Origin: Octopus bimaculoides
Lineage: Eukaryota
Assembly: GCF_001194135.2 (NCBI RefSeq)
Contig: NC_068981.1
Span: 106,599,628-106,663,627 of the forward strand
Length of the DNA stretch: 64,000 nucleotides
Direction: 5' to 3'
In this document: piece after piece, positions 25,620 through 36,990 of the stretch
How positions within the stretch are numbered: position 1 is the first letter of the stretch
How the letters are laid out: each line of letters opens with the position of its first letter
Position numbers and translations under genes: made by a program
The notes under the pieces: model-generated
Told to the model about the DNA's origin: nothing
Seen by the model: the letters and a program-made list of their open reading frames with translations, nothing else
The model's database searches: none

Positions 25620-25860
25620 AAGCAGGCCGGCAGGTATGAACCAGTACAAGGTTCTAGGCTCAGTCCTACTGTGTGGCACTACCAGAAAGTAGCATCTTCT
25701 ATCATAGCCTCAACTTGGTCAATATTTTCTCAGTGAGATTTAATAGACAAAACTATTGCAGAAGTTTGTTGTATATACATAGACAGAGAGACCCACACAC
25801 ACACATGCATATATATATATCTATATATATATGAATGTGTGTGTGTATGTGTGTATAGTC
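25620..25860 (+). mobile_element. Degenerate SINE 5' half
   Basis: tRNA-like head remnant (GGTTCTAGGCTCAGTCCTACTGTGTGGCAC) followed by a TA/CA/TG microsatellite. Confidence 0.45.
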
Positions 25861-26535
25861 ATCATATTTCATTCCATAATGGTTACCTCTAATGAGCACA
25901 GGGTTACATAATCGGATTCTTACCTAACACTCCATTGAATCTCTAATGCAAAACTGATTGTTAAGATCAGCCATACTTTATATATAATACTGTACACTTC
26001 GGATAATATATATATATATATGTATAACAATATCAGCACCAAACAACAATGAAGAATAAATGAATTTTAAGCTAGTAAAAATATTTGTGACATTTTAACT
26101 TCTTAAGGCAAATTCACTGAAGTTACCTTGCAGAAAAAATTCTCATGTGGTCCACTAGCACAATTCAGTAACTGATGTTGACTGTTTTTTAGTTAAAGCT
26201 ATGGCTTTGAATCTACTCAGAGTTATTTTCCATTATGGAAGGCTAAAGAGCCAGAAACATGCATCTGAGAATCCACTAGATGGAAGTACTGGGCAGATTG
26301 GTGTTTTTTACACCTTTACTATAAGAGAGAATTTTTTTTCTCCATAGTAACTGCAGTGAATTTGCCTATAGAAGTTAAAATATGTCACAAACATTATTTA
26401 CATTCGACGGATATTTGTCCTCATCTTGTTTGCTGTTAACACAACGTTTTGGCTGATATACCCTCCAGCCTTCTTCAGGTGTCTTGGGGAAATTTCGAAC
26501 CTGAGTTCTCATTCCTAAGGTATTTTTCGATGTTG

Positions 26536-26567
<32 letters not shown>

Positions 26568-26575
26568 GTTATTGT

Positions 26576-26650
26576 TCAGGTCACTGCTTGGAATCAAACT
26601 CAGAATCTTGGGGTTAGTAGCCCATGCTCTTAACCACTACACCATATGCC
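26576..26650 (-). ncRNA. tRNA-derived Pol III head (not a functional tRNA)
   Basis: GGCATATGGTGTAGTGGTTAAGAGCATGGGCTACTAACCCCAAGATTCTGAGTTTGATTCCAAGCAGTGACC: A box, 7-nt anticodon-like loop, B box, imperfect stems. Confidence 0.65.
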
Positions 26651-26778
26651 TGTGGGCATATGGCGTAGTGGTTCAGTGACCTGAACAATAACAATAACAA
26701 TAACAATAATAATAATAATAACAACATCGAAAAATACCTTAGGAATGAGAACCCAGGTTCGAAATTTCCCCAAGACAC

Positions 26779-26812
26779 CTGAAGAAGGCTGGAGGGTATA
26801 TCAGCCAAAACG
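26779..26812 (+). ncRNA. Degenerate minimal hammerhead-like motif (mirror copy on the minus strand at about 26445-26478)
   Basis: CTGAAGA, A, stem II GGCTG/CAGCC, then AAAAC where GAAAC is expected. Stem III and the cleavage triplet are not convincingly formed. Confidence 0.45.
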
Positions 26813-26999
26813 TTGTATTAACAAACAAGATGAGGACAAATATCCGTCTAATATAAATAATGTAAATAATGTACATAATTCCTCATCTCTTAAATATAGA
26901 ACTGTATGTCACAAACATATTTTAACTAATCTAAAGTTCATGTGTGTGTCTGTGTGCGTGCATGTGTGTGTGCGTGCATGTGTGTGTGCGCGCACATGT

Positions 27000-27140
27000 G
27001 TATCATTGTCATCATCAACATCATATTCCTTTTAAAGCCCATGCTGGCATGAGTTGAATGGTTTGACAAGTTGTGATGGGTCCGGGGACTGCATTGTACT
27101 CTAGCTTGCTTTGGTATGATTTCTATGGCTGGCTGTCCCT
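27000..27140 (-). mobile_element. RTE-family 3' tail fragment
   Basis: CATCATC..CCCATGCTGGCATGAGTTGAATGGTTTGAC... Confidence 0.55.
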
Positions 27141-27271
27141 CTCAATATATATACTTGTAGACATGTGTATATCTTATTCTGATATATATTTCAGCATCTG
27201 ATGCAAAATATTGGCAATTAAATCAATAAACCAAAGCTTTCAAACAAAAATACATGTATTTTTTTTTATTG

Positions 27272-27463
27272 CCAACAAGGGACTAAACAAGGGATTAAGT
27301 CGATTACATCGACCCCAGTGAGTAACTGGTACTTAATTTATCGACCCCAAAAGAATGAAAGGTTAAGTCGACCTCAGCGGAATTTGAACTCAGAACGTAA
27401 TGGTAGACGAAATACCGCTAAGCATTTCGCCCGGCATGCTAACATTTCTGCCAGCTCGCCACC
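27272..27463 (-). mobile_element. tRNA-derived SINE
   Basis: Minus strand GGTGGCGAGCTGGCAGAAATGTTAG (A box) ... GAGTTCAAATTCC (B box) ... GGGGTCGATAAATTAAGTACCAG core. Related copies at 31075-31280, 52605-52720 and 17020-17150. Confidence 0.85.
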
Positions 27464-28129
27464 ATCCAAATACATGTATTTGTTCTGCTTGCATTGCACA
27501 GATGCTCTTTTGTGACTGTCACTATCACAAACACACCAAACCAATAAATGGTTCATTGGAAACTTGCATTGTTCGCAGAGTACAACATAAAGTAAATAGC
27601 AGGAAAAGCTTAGTCTGTGATACAAGTTTCATTCCTGATGAAACCAGTTTATTTCACTTATTCTTCCCATTGGTAATTACTGATGATGGGTTGTTACTTG
27701 AATAAGGACTGGCTTCACTAGACTAGCTAGAATGCTATATGAAGACAAAACTAAAACATACTAAGATTCACAAAACTATTTAATTTTTCATGAGTAAATC
27801 TCCTTTGAGAGTTTGTCATTTGCTATGCAGTGTTTGCTACAAATTTTATGCAATTACTACTTGAAAATTAGGTAAAGGTACATTTGTTTCTTACATTGGG
27901 ATAAAGCCATAAAAATTTAAGTGGAAGAGAGGGAGAAAATTGGGATGCCAACACATCTCTTAAGGACTTCAGGGTTATATGATAATTAGAACAATTCTAG
28001 CTGAACTGAAAAAAAAAGTGTAAACATATTGTGAATTCAAGCTTTGGTACAGAACCCCAAGATCACTTTAAAGACGTACTCTAAAATGGGGATTCCTGTG
28101 TTGTAAAATAGATTTACAGTTAGTGATTA

Positions 28130-28335
28130 TAACAGTTGTCATTATCAACATTACCATTGTTGCCAGCACTGTTGTTGCCATTGTTGTTCTCATCATCATC
28201 ATTGCTATTATTGTCATCCTCAACACCACCACTGCTAACACAACTGCTGCTGCCACCACTGCCAACACCACCACCTCTGCTGCCACTACCGTTACCACCA
28301 CCATCGTCATCATCATTATCATCACCATCTTCATC
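28130..28335. repeat. Degenerate (CAT)/(CAC)/(GTT) trinucleotide array
   Basis: Direct reading. Explains the low-complexity ORFs. Confidence 0.9.
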
Positions 28336-28813
28336 ATTGTGGTTAGAATATTAATAGCATTAAATATAATTTCTACCCTGATTTTAGTAATGAAGCTGTG
28401 AACACTCACTTTTTCCACTTGTTTCATTGCTAAAATATTACAAGATAGGCATAAATGCTCCACAATCACATTTTATCTCCTTTTCAATGTTACATCGATA
28501 AAAGAAATCAACGTTTAAATTTTACCCCTAATCAGAAAATACAAGTAAAAAAGGAAATAAAATGAATTTGTGATTAATGTATTCAGTTGACTTTTATTCC
28601 CATCATTATCTGCCATAAGAAAGACATGAACATCACAGATTCACATTGTACTTTTATTATAAAAATATAACAGCCTTTACTTTTCTAAGAAATCAATAAT
28701 GCAATTTAGTTTCAGTACATCAAAATAAGTAATTAAATGAATTGGATAAAACAATAAAATCAACTAACAAGGAAAAAAATACTATAACGGCTATTATGAA
28801 TAACTTGATGATG

Positions 28814-28855
<42 letters not shown>

Positions 28856-29079
28856 GTGATGGTCACTCCTGTTGATTTCAACGTAATGAGTGTTTGAAGG
28901 GGAAGAAAAAAGTGAGAAAATCAAAAAATGTGATACAACTTTAAAAATAAAGAAATAAAAGAAGCTGTATCTATTTGCAATGTATGTATGAATGTAATAA
29001 GAGTCCAGGTATGGATTTTGCTATGAAGCCACAACGAGGATATTGATGATTTTGATTGGGAATGTGTCGGTTGATTGCC

Positions 29080-29690
29080 GGATATAACTTTTTTATTGTT
29101 CTGTTTCTTCAACTTAAATTGTTTTGATGCATCATGACACATTTTATGCCATGCAGGTCAATCTAGGCAATGACTTTCCCAAAATGTCAAATTAAGCTGT
29201 AGAGACTCTAGTGATTACTTCAACTTATCCTTATACCTAAGAACAGGTTTTCCTTTTCTGTGGAGTCCCTTTACTCATTGGCCATACAAAAGAATTTTTG
29301 GAATGCAGTCATTTTTTCATTCGAACATGTCCTACCCATCTGCACTGAATTCTCAGCAACATATTTTGGATACTGGAAATATCACATTTTACTAAGATTT
29401 GGACATTTGATATCTTATCTTGCCATTTTATGTTGCAAATATTGTGCAAACAGCACATGTGAAAGGTTTCGAGTTTCTTTATATGTCTGTAGTAGGGAGT
29501 CCAGGCTTCTGCTCCATACAAAAGTGTACTCAAAATGCAAGATTTGTATACATTTATTTTAGTTTTCAGACTGACACCATGTTTATCTCACAAACAATGG
29601 GAAAGTTTTCCAAAAACACTTGTGGCCTTAGATATCCTAACATTAATTTTTTCATTAAGAGTACTCTTAAAGTTTACTGTACTTCCAAGA
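29080..29690 (-). mobile_element. RTE (BovB-like) LINE C-terminal fragment
   Basis: STLLYGAEAWTPYYRHIKKLETFHMCCL..KWQDKISN..RWVGHVRM..IPKILLYG..RYKDKLK. Confidence 0.85.
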
Positions 29691-29754
29691 TTTTTAAATG
29701 ACTTGGCACATAATAATAGTAATGATGGTGATGATAATGATAATAATAACACAG

Positions 29755-31029
29755 TTCTATTGCATCATTTCTCTTTCCCCATTACTTCTAGGTAGATACA
29801 GACAATCAACGTCTGCTTTTGGGTGGTGCATGTTCTTAGATGTTAGTAGTTTTCTTGTCTTCATGTCCAGGCATTAGAGCTTTGTAAGATTCCAATTGAT
29901 GATGTGAAAACTGTATTGGACTACTGGAAGTGCCAGGGTGTTAATGGCTTTGATGTGATTTATTTTAGTATGAGTCTTACTCTCCTGTAATACACCTTTC
30001 TTATTTTTTCCTTCATAGTAGCATGTTGTATACCATCACCGTTTATCTCCAGCTATTTATAACTTTTTTGTGGGTCAAGCAAAATGGTACAAGCAGACTA
30101 CAAAAAAGAACAGGCAGAAACAAACTGTGGAGCGGTGAAGCTTCTATATGGACAGTATATACTTCAAAGTCAAAATACTGATGTTAACCAAGTTACAACC
30201 CATCAGTGGCTGAGAAGTTCAGGACTGAAAGCAGAGACTGAAGCCTTCATATTGGAAGCACAAGATCAAAGCTTGCTTACCAAAAACTACCAGACTAACA
30301 TTCTTCAAAACAGTTCTGAAATGCAGATTCTGTGACACGTTTGATGAAACAATAGACCATCTCATCTTGGGATGTCCTGTACTGACACCAAACGAATACA
30401 AAAATTGCCACAATATTTACATTGAAAAATATGTAACCACTATAAAATCAGCACTCTTGTTTACTGGTATGAACATCATCCTGAGCCAGTCATTGAAGGT
30501 AAAAATATTACTGTCCTCTGTGATTTTTCAGTCAACACTGACAAAACAATCCAGGATAATCAACCAGACATAGTCATTAAGGACAGAAGAAAATACTTGT
30601 AGACTAATAGATGTAAATGTTCCCACTGATAAAAGTATATCTGTAAAGGAATTTGACAAATTAAGTAAATATAAGGACCTGGAAATTGAAATGCAAAAGA
30701 TATGGCATCTTAAAGTGAGAACTACTTCTGTTATTGTAAGTGCCCTAGGTATGATAAAAAAGGGATATTAGAAACATCTAGATAACATCCCAGGAGAACC
30801 ATGTCGCAGAGAAATCCAAAAGATTGTGCTGACAAATACTGCCTACATCCTTAGAAAAACCCTATCAATTTAAATGTCTGTGTTGTATTACATGAAGATA
30901 TTTTGCTACTGCCCCTTCCACTTCCTCTCCCCAAGTTTTCAGTCATACTGTAACATCTCTTATCCTTCACTTGCCCTAGGATGCTGGGTGTGTCTCGGCA
31001 AGTGATTGTGACAAACATGTAAATTAAAA

Positions 31030-31070
<41 letters not shown>
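29755..31070 (+). mobile_element. R4/Dong-like RLE non-LTR element with inverted 5' segment, between TAA-rich tracts
   Basis: Minus 30060-29755: KAINTLALPVVQYSF..MKTRKLL..HHPKADVDCLYLPR. Plus 30070-30870: LYGQY..HQWLRSSGLKAETEAFILEAQDQSL, CRFC..ETIDHLILGC, NQPDIVIKD, KYKDLEIE. (TAA)n at 31030-31070. Confidence 0.85.
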
Positions 31071-31071
<1 letters not shown>

Positions 31072-31074
31072 GCA

Positions 31075-31280
31075 CAAGGCCAGCAATTTCTGGGGAGAGG
31101 GTAAATTGATTACATTGACCCCGGTGCTCAACTGGTGCTCAACCAGTAATTATCTTATCAATCCAGAAGGGATAAAAGAAAAGGTGACCTCAGTGGAATT
31201 CGAACTTAGAACATAAAGACAAACAAAATGGCCACTAAGTATTTTGCCTAGCATGTTAAGAATTCTGCCAGCTCACCAGC
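31075..31280 (-). mobile_element. tRNA-derived SINE (family of 27272-27463)
   Basis: Aligns with 27272-27463 (GATTACATTGACCCC..GACCTCAGTGGAATTCGAACT..GCCAGCTCACC). Confidence 0.75.
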
Positions 31281-31789
31281 AACAACAACAACAACAACAA
31301 CAGCAACAATAATGATGATGATGATCCTGGAAATAGTCCTAAGAATGAAACACAATTTGCTTTCACTTCTGTACAATAGAAAAATAATGCAACATTATGG
31401 GAACTATGCACCTGTAGATGTATTTGTCAGTAATTTCTAAATCTGCTTTCAGAAAAATTTGGTGAGATAAATTTGATTTTAAAAAGATTACAATTTTGCA
31501 TAAATTAGATAATCAATTGACATAGTAGAATTGTGGTATTAGTATTTGAAAAAAGAATCTGTTCCATATACTATTATCTCTCTCCCCTCCCCCTCTCTCT
31601 CTCTATATATATATGTGTGTGTGTGTGTATATTTAAAGGATATGTTAACCTCATGAAGGGATGATTGCATCCAAGGAAATACTGGTTCAATACCTAGTAT
31701 TTGGGGGGAATGAAATTCCTTTAAAACAATAGGCATATATCAAGCATATAGTTTATATCCATTTCAAAGAAGAAAGTGGAGAAACTTTG

Positions 31790-32286
31790 TACATTAAATT
31801 TACATTTAAGTGACATCATCAGAGAAAAAAAAGATGTACCTGTGGACCTATCAATTTATTTCAGCAGATTAAATGTTACAATTTATGATTTGTATTATTA
31901 TATGCTCAGGTGAAGGGTCTACGGGTTGATTAGAATATGATTAGGGATAGAGTAAAGAAAATAAATAGAACTAGAAGAATAAATAAAGTAAATAGAGATG
32001 ATTGAGAAAAGATAAATATAAATAAGATAAACTTATAGTTAATAAAAGAATAAAATATTCATTTATAAGGTATAAGTTAATTATAAAAATTTATATATAT
32101 GTATGTGCATATATACATATATAATAGAAATATGTTAAAAAAAACAAAATAGAAACTACATGTGGAAATGTAAGGGGAAAGTAAGCAGAAAAATAATTAT
32201 TACCTTTATTCCTACCTCAGTTCATCTAATTGTATATATATATTGTTACTTTTCATAAAAGCCTTACCTTCTTTTTGATTTCCAAT

Positions 32287-32333
<47 letters not shown>

Positions 32334-32910
32334 CCTATGCTCACATGCACACACAGATGCACACATATACAAACACATCCATGCATAAATATGCATGCAC
32401 ACTCATACACACACACATATATAGTATGTATCTATTGTAATTCCTTTTTTAGGGGTGATGGGTACAAAGAATGCATATATATATGTATATGTATATAAGT
32501 GTGTGTGTATGAGTGCGCATACGTATTCATGCATGTATGCATGTATATGTGTGTATGTATGTGAGCATATATATATATATATACATACACATAAATTTCT
32601 GTAATTTTTCTTATATCTTATAAATGAATATTTTATTCTTTTATGAAATATAAATTTACTTTATTTATATTTATCTTCCTCTTCTCTATTTACATTATTT
32701 ATTGTTCTAGTTCAATTTATTTACTTTACTTTATCCCTAGTCATATTCTAATCAACCTGCAAACCATTCCCCCAAGCATATAATAATACAAATCATAAAC
32801 TGTAATATTTAGTTTGCTGAAAGAAATTGATAGGTCTACATATAACATCCAAAGGCACATTTTTTTTCTCTGATGAAATTATACTCATGTTGCATAAATG
32901 TAAATGTACA
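31790..32910. repeat. ~300-bp diverged inverted repeats around a microsatellite-rich centre
   Basis: About 31790-32080 is the reverse complement of about 32595-32910 (e.g. GTTGATTAGAATATGATTAGGGATA versus TATCCCTAGTCATATTCTAATCAAC). Related sequence at about 49170-49470. Confidence 0.75.
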
Positions 32911-33083
32911 AATTTGTAATTAAATTATTGAGGATTAACTGAAATGGCTGTAAGAAGTGAAGATGACCAATTTCTTAATAAACAATTATTAGCTTCCTTA
33001 TCTCCATTTTCTTATCTTTTTTAAAGTATATATATATGTGTGAGTGTGTGTATTAAGCATATATCGATATGTGATTGTGCATG

Positions 33084-33132
<49 letters not shown>

Positions 33133-33659
33133 ATTTATGTATTTGTTTTGCAAGATTCCTGATGTGAAATCATGTGTTAAAATATATTGTTATATTTCGG
33201 GATAGTCATTTCTTTTTTTGCCAAATAACCACATGCACTATATACTTGTTTTTCATTTCATCTTTATCATTAGTCTTATTTTAGCATCTTTTGTATGAAA
33301 TCTTTTGTCACACATCATGTGACCTCTTCAGCGACTCTCCATCCCATGTATCTTCTCCTGTTCTGTTTAGTTCATTCTGTCTGTCGGTGGTGTGTTAGCA
33401 TCTGTACATATGTGTGTGCATGTGTCTATGTGTTTAGTATATGTGCTTTGTGTACATGTATATGGGTTTGCTTACTACACTGTTTGTAATTCTATTTTTG
33501 ATTTAGTTTTTGTTTTATTCGTTTATATACTTATTTATCTCTTTATTTTTTCATTCCATCTTAAGTATGTGTATGTGTGTCTCGTGTGTGAGTATATGGG
33601 CTTATGTATTATACTGTTTGCACCTGCATCTTTTTTTTCCTTCTCTTATTCTCAGAATG

Positions 33660-33761
33660 AGAATATATATATATATATATATATATGTATATTTATATAT
33701 ATATGTATATTTATATATATATATGTATATTTATATATATATATGTATATTNNNNNNNNNN

Positions 33762-33811
<50 letters not shown>

Positions 33812-33925
33812 CATATATACATACATATATATATATATATTTATATATATTATATATACATATATTTGTATATATATATATGAATATACATATTTGTATA
33901 TATATATAAATATATAAATATATCA
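33660..33925. repeat. (TA)n-rich microsatellite with a gap
   Basis: Direct reading. Confidence 0.95.
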
Positions 33926-33934
33926 ATATAAAGG

Positions 33935-34970
33935 ACCTCTTGCTCATAATGAGAGGTAGATTGTACGATGCATGTGTGTGAACTTCCATTCTTCATGGCA
34001 GTGAAACATGGGCTGTGCCTGATGATGACATGTGTAGGCTAGAAAGAAATGAAGCTAGTATGATCCGCTGGATGTGTAATGTCAGTGTGTATATACGACA
34101 GAGTGTAAGTGCCCTGAGAGAAAAGTTGGCTATAAGAAGCATCAAATGTGGTGTGCAAGAGAGATGACTGCGCTGGTATGGTAATGTTTTGCGTATGAAT
34201 GAAGACAGCTGTGTGAGGAAGTGCCTTTCCCTAACTATAGAAGGAACCAGTAGAAGAGGTAGACCCAGGAAGACATGGGATGAGGTGGTGAAGCATGAAC
34301 TTCGAATATTGGGCCTCACAGAGGCAATGAGAGGAGAGCAGGACCTTTGGAGATATGCTGCGATTGAGAAGATCTGGCAACTGAAGTGAAATGGCAGCCA
34401 ATCACATCCTGCCCTGCTAAAAATACTCCTGATGCATTGGGCAATATCACATGCCTGAGAAGACCTGTTGAGTCAAGTAAAACCAATATCATAGCTGGAG
34501 CTGGTGCCCTCTGGCTGGCTCTCGTGCCAATGGCATGTCAAAGGTACCATCCGAATGTAGTCAAAGCCAGGTCCGCCCGACTGGTTACTGAGCCGGTGGC
34601 ACGTAGAAAACATCAACAGATTGTGATCAATATCAGTACCCCACTGTCTGGTTCCTGTGCTGGTGGCACGTAAAAAGCACCAACCAATTGTGACTGACGC
34701 CAGTACCCTTGTACTGGTTTCTGTGCCGGTGGCACGTAAAAAGCACCATCCGAATGTGATAATTGCCTTACTGGCTACTGTACCAGTGGCACATAAAGAG
34801 CACCCACTACACTCTTGAAGTGGTTGGCGTTAGGAATGGCATCCAGTTGTAGAAACTCTGCCAGACCAGACTGGAGCCTGGTTCAGCTGGTGACTCTCCA
34901 GACCTCAGTCAAACAGTCCAACCCATGCCAGCATGGAAAATGAACGTTAATCGATAATGATGATGATGAT
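33935..34970 (+). mobile_element. 5'-truncated RTE LINE
   Basis: [55 protein letters not shown], then minisatellite 3' UTR and (GAT)n tail. Confidence 0.9.
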
Positions 34971-35079
34971 ATATACATATATAGATATATATGATAATAA
35001 TAATAATATAAATGATATATAAATATAAGCATATATACTTACATATATGTACATACCTGTATATATATGTATATATACA

Positions 35080-35620
35080 TGCATGTATGGGTACAGGACA
35101 TCAAAAAACGTGAACAGAATGAGAAATGAGAACATAAAAAACAAAAACATAGAAAACAAACTTTTTTGAACAATGAAAAAAAACAAACAAACAGAGAAAT
35201 GAGACATGCAACATATAGAACATTCCCTTTATCAGTTGTCCCGTTTTATCTACTCCGCATTTCGAAGGTAAGGACAAGATGCAACTTTGTTAAAACAGTC
35301 CTTCCTGCAAAGCAAATTAAATAAAATTGGGATCTTTTGTGGAGGGTGAAAGTGTTAACAACAGGACAGTGAGAACATAACAGTAAAAGCAAACGGTGAG
35401 GGCTGTTAAGCCAAGATGATGTGAAGTGCTGAACGCTGAAAAAACAAGCTTTGAGAAGAGACAGATAAAAGCACGTCTTGTCTTTAGGAAGGAAGTGGAA
35501 GAAAGAGAGAATGGCCGTTAGTCATGTGTGATCAACGAGAGAGTCAAGGAGGAAGACTGAGAGAGAGGGAACGGTAAAGGGGAGAGGAGAAGAATAGGGA
35601 AAGGGTGGGAGAAAAAACAT
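35080..35620 (-). mobile_element. Possible Penelope-like terminal fragment
   Basis: Pyrimidine-rich minus strand with CCTTCGAAATGCGGAGTA, a partial hammerhead-like GAAA arm. The assignment rests on recall of similar repeats. Confidence 0.3.
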
Positions 35621-35981
35621 CCATCCACATCTTCACGCAGCTGTCCTCTAGAGAAAAATCGCATTATTGTTGGTGATACAGCATTCTATTGCAGCTATAT
35701 GATGTGTTTGCAACTAAATGACATGTGATGACAATTCACTCCTGAACTGAAATAGGTTCCCAGCCTCTGTATCATGAATGGATATGTGGACCACTCCTAA
35801 CGAAAGCTAGAGCTTCTTTCGACCACTACATAAAAAGTATTAAGAAAAAATGTTATTTAGATATACTTTTATTTTAGTTATTTACACTATTATATGCTTG
35901 TTTATACTCTTATACATTCAAAGTTCACAAATTTCCATATTTAAATTATGAATCATATTTCTTTCGATAATATCAATATGA

Positions 35982-36200
35982 TTACAAAACTTCTTTGTAG
36001 ACAATATTTTCTGTTTGGTTGACACTTATTTTCAAATTACTGGAGTCCATTGCTCTACTCATAGCGATGTATAACTGGCCATGTGTAAACATTGGGGTGG
36101 GTAAAAACACAGAGACATGATTTAAAGTCTGGCTCTGTGCCTTGTTTGCTGTGAATGTGTGAGCAGAATCTTTAGGATTGCAAAAAGTCAAACTAAGACT
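35982..36200 (-). pseudogene. Helitron Pif1-helicase C-terminal fragment
   Basis: TANKAQSQTLNHVSVFLPTPMFTHGQLYIAMSRA matches Pif1 motifs V/VI (TINKAQGQTL...VFTHGQLYVALSR). Confidence 0.85.
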
Positions 36201-36489
36201 TACCTTTCACTGTTCTATGCAAATATGTCTGGATGTTCTGCTACCATGGGTTATTTTGATTGACAAAACTGAGATGTAAATAACAGCTGCTTTGATTAGC
36301 CATTTCGAATCCTGCCCGAGACTGAGACACTTCAATAACCACTAAATGATCACACATTATATATTGACACACTTTTTCCATTTTATTTCTGCTATTAACC
36401 ATCTTTACAATCCCCTTTATATCTATGACGGGGTCACAAACTATATGATGAAAATCCTTAGTTACTCGTGGTTGGTAAATTTTTAATAA

Positions 36490-36990
36490 AAATGCTAAGC
36501 TGGCTTATCATTTCAAAAATCAATATCTATTACATAATCATACTTTCTGATTTTTTAATGCTAAAAACCTTCTTGATGACCGTCTTTGCAATCCCGAAAA
36601 ATATAACCACTGGTTCAGCCATCTGGCCATGAAGAAAGAACAAACAAAGAGACAGACAGACGGACATGGCACCCATTATAGTAAGATAGCAAACCTGCCC
36701 GTCTACGATGGGAAATAAAGGGATAGTATCGCAAATCTAAATTTGCGAACTATACGGGAGGAAATCCAGAGTTAATTTGCATCACCAGAATTTTAACAAA
36801 AAAAAATCAAAGGTGATTTATTAATACAAAACTCAATATCTACTAAATAATCATACTTTTTTACATTTTTGCGCTAAAAACCTTCCTGATTACCTCCTTC
36901 GTAATCCCGCAAAACATTGTGACCATTGGTCCAGCCTTTTGACCATGAAGAGGGAACAAACAGACAGACAACACCCATTATAGTAAGGTA
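36490..36990 (+). mobile_element. Two tandem non-autonomous Helitron/HINE-like 3' ends
   Basis: About 36550-36690 and about 36860-36990 align: GCTAAAAACCTTC..ATCCCG..GG.CAGCC..CCATGAAGA..(CAGA)n..CACCCATTATAGTAAG. Confidence 0.5.

Larger units (their letters stand above)
26395..26904. mobile_element. Palindromic non-autonomous element: head-to-head tRNA-like heads + (TAA)n + Penelope-like tails
   Basis: Inverted arms meet at 26650/26655. Direct repeat TATGTCACAAACAT at 26381-26394 and 26905-26918. A box TGG(C/T)GTAGTGG in both arms; B box GAGTTTGATTCC in the left arm only. CTGAAGA-A-GGCTG..CAGCC-AAAAC motif in both arms. Confidence 0.8.

Noticed and set aside
26576-26680. Functional tRNA gene(s)
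   Set aside because: Acceptor and anticodon stems are mismatched and the right copy is internally deleted. These are element heads; no other intact cloverleaf was seen in the window.
27374-27705. Cys/His-rich ORFs on both strands, B-box-like or signal-peptide-like
   Set aside because: They partly overlap a SINE, ligand spacing fits no finger I can name, and splice context is poor.
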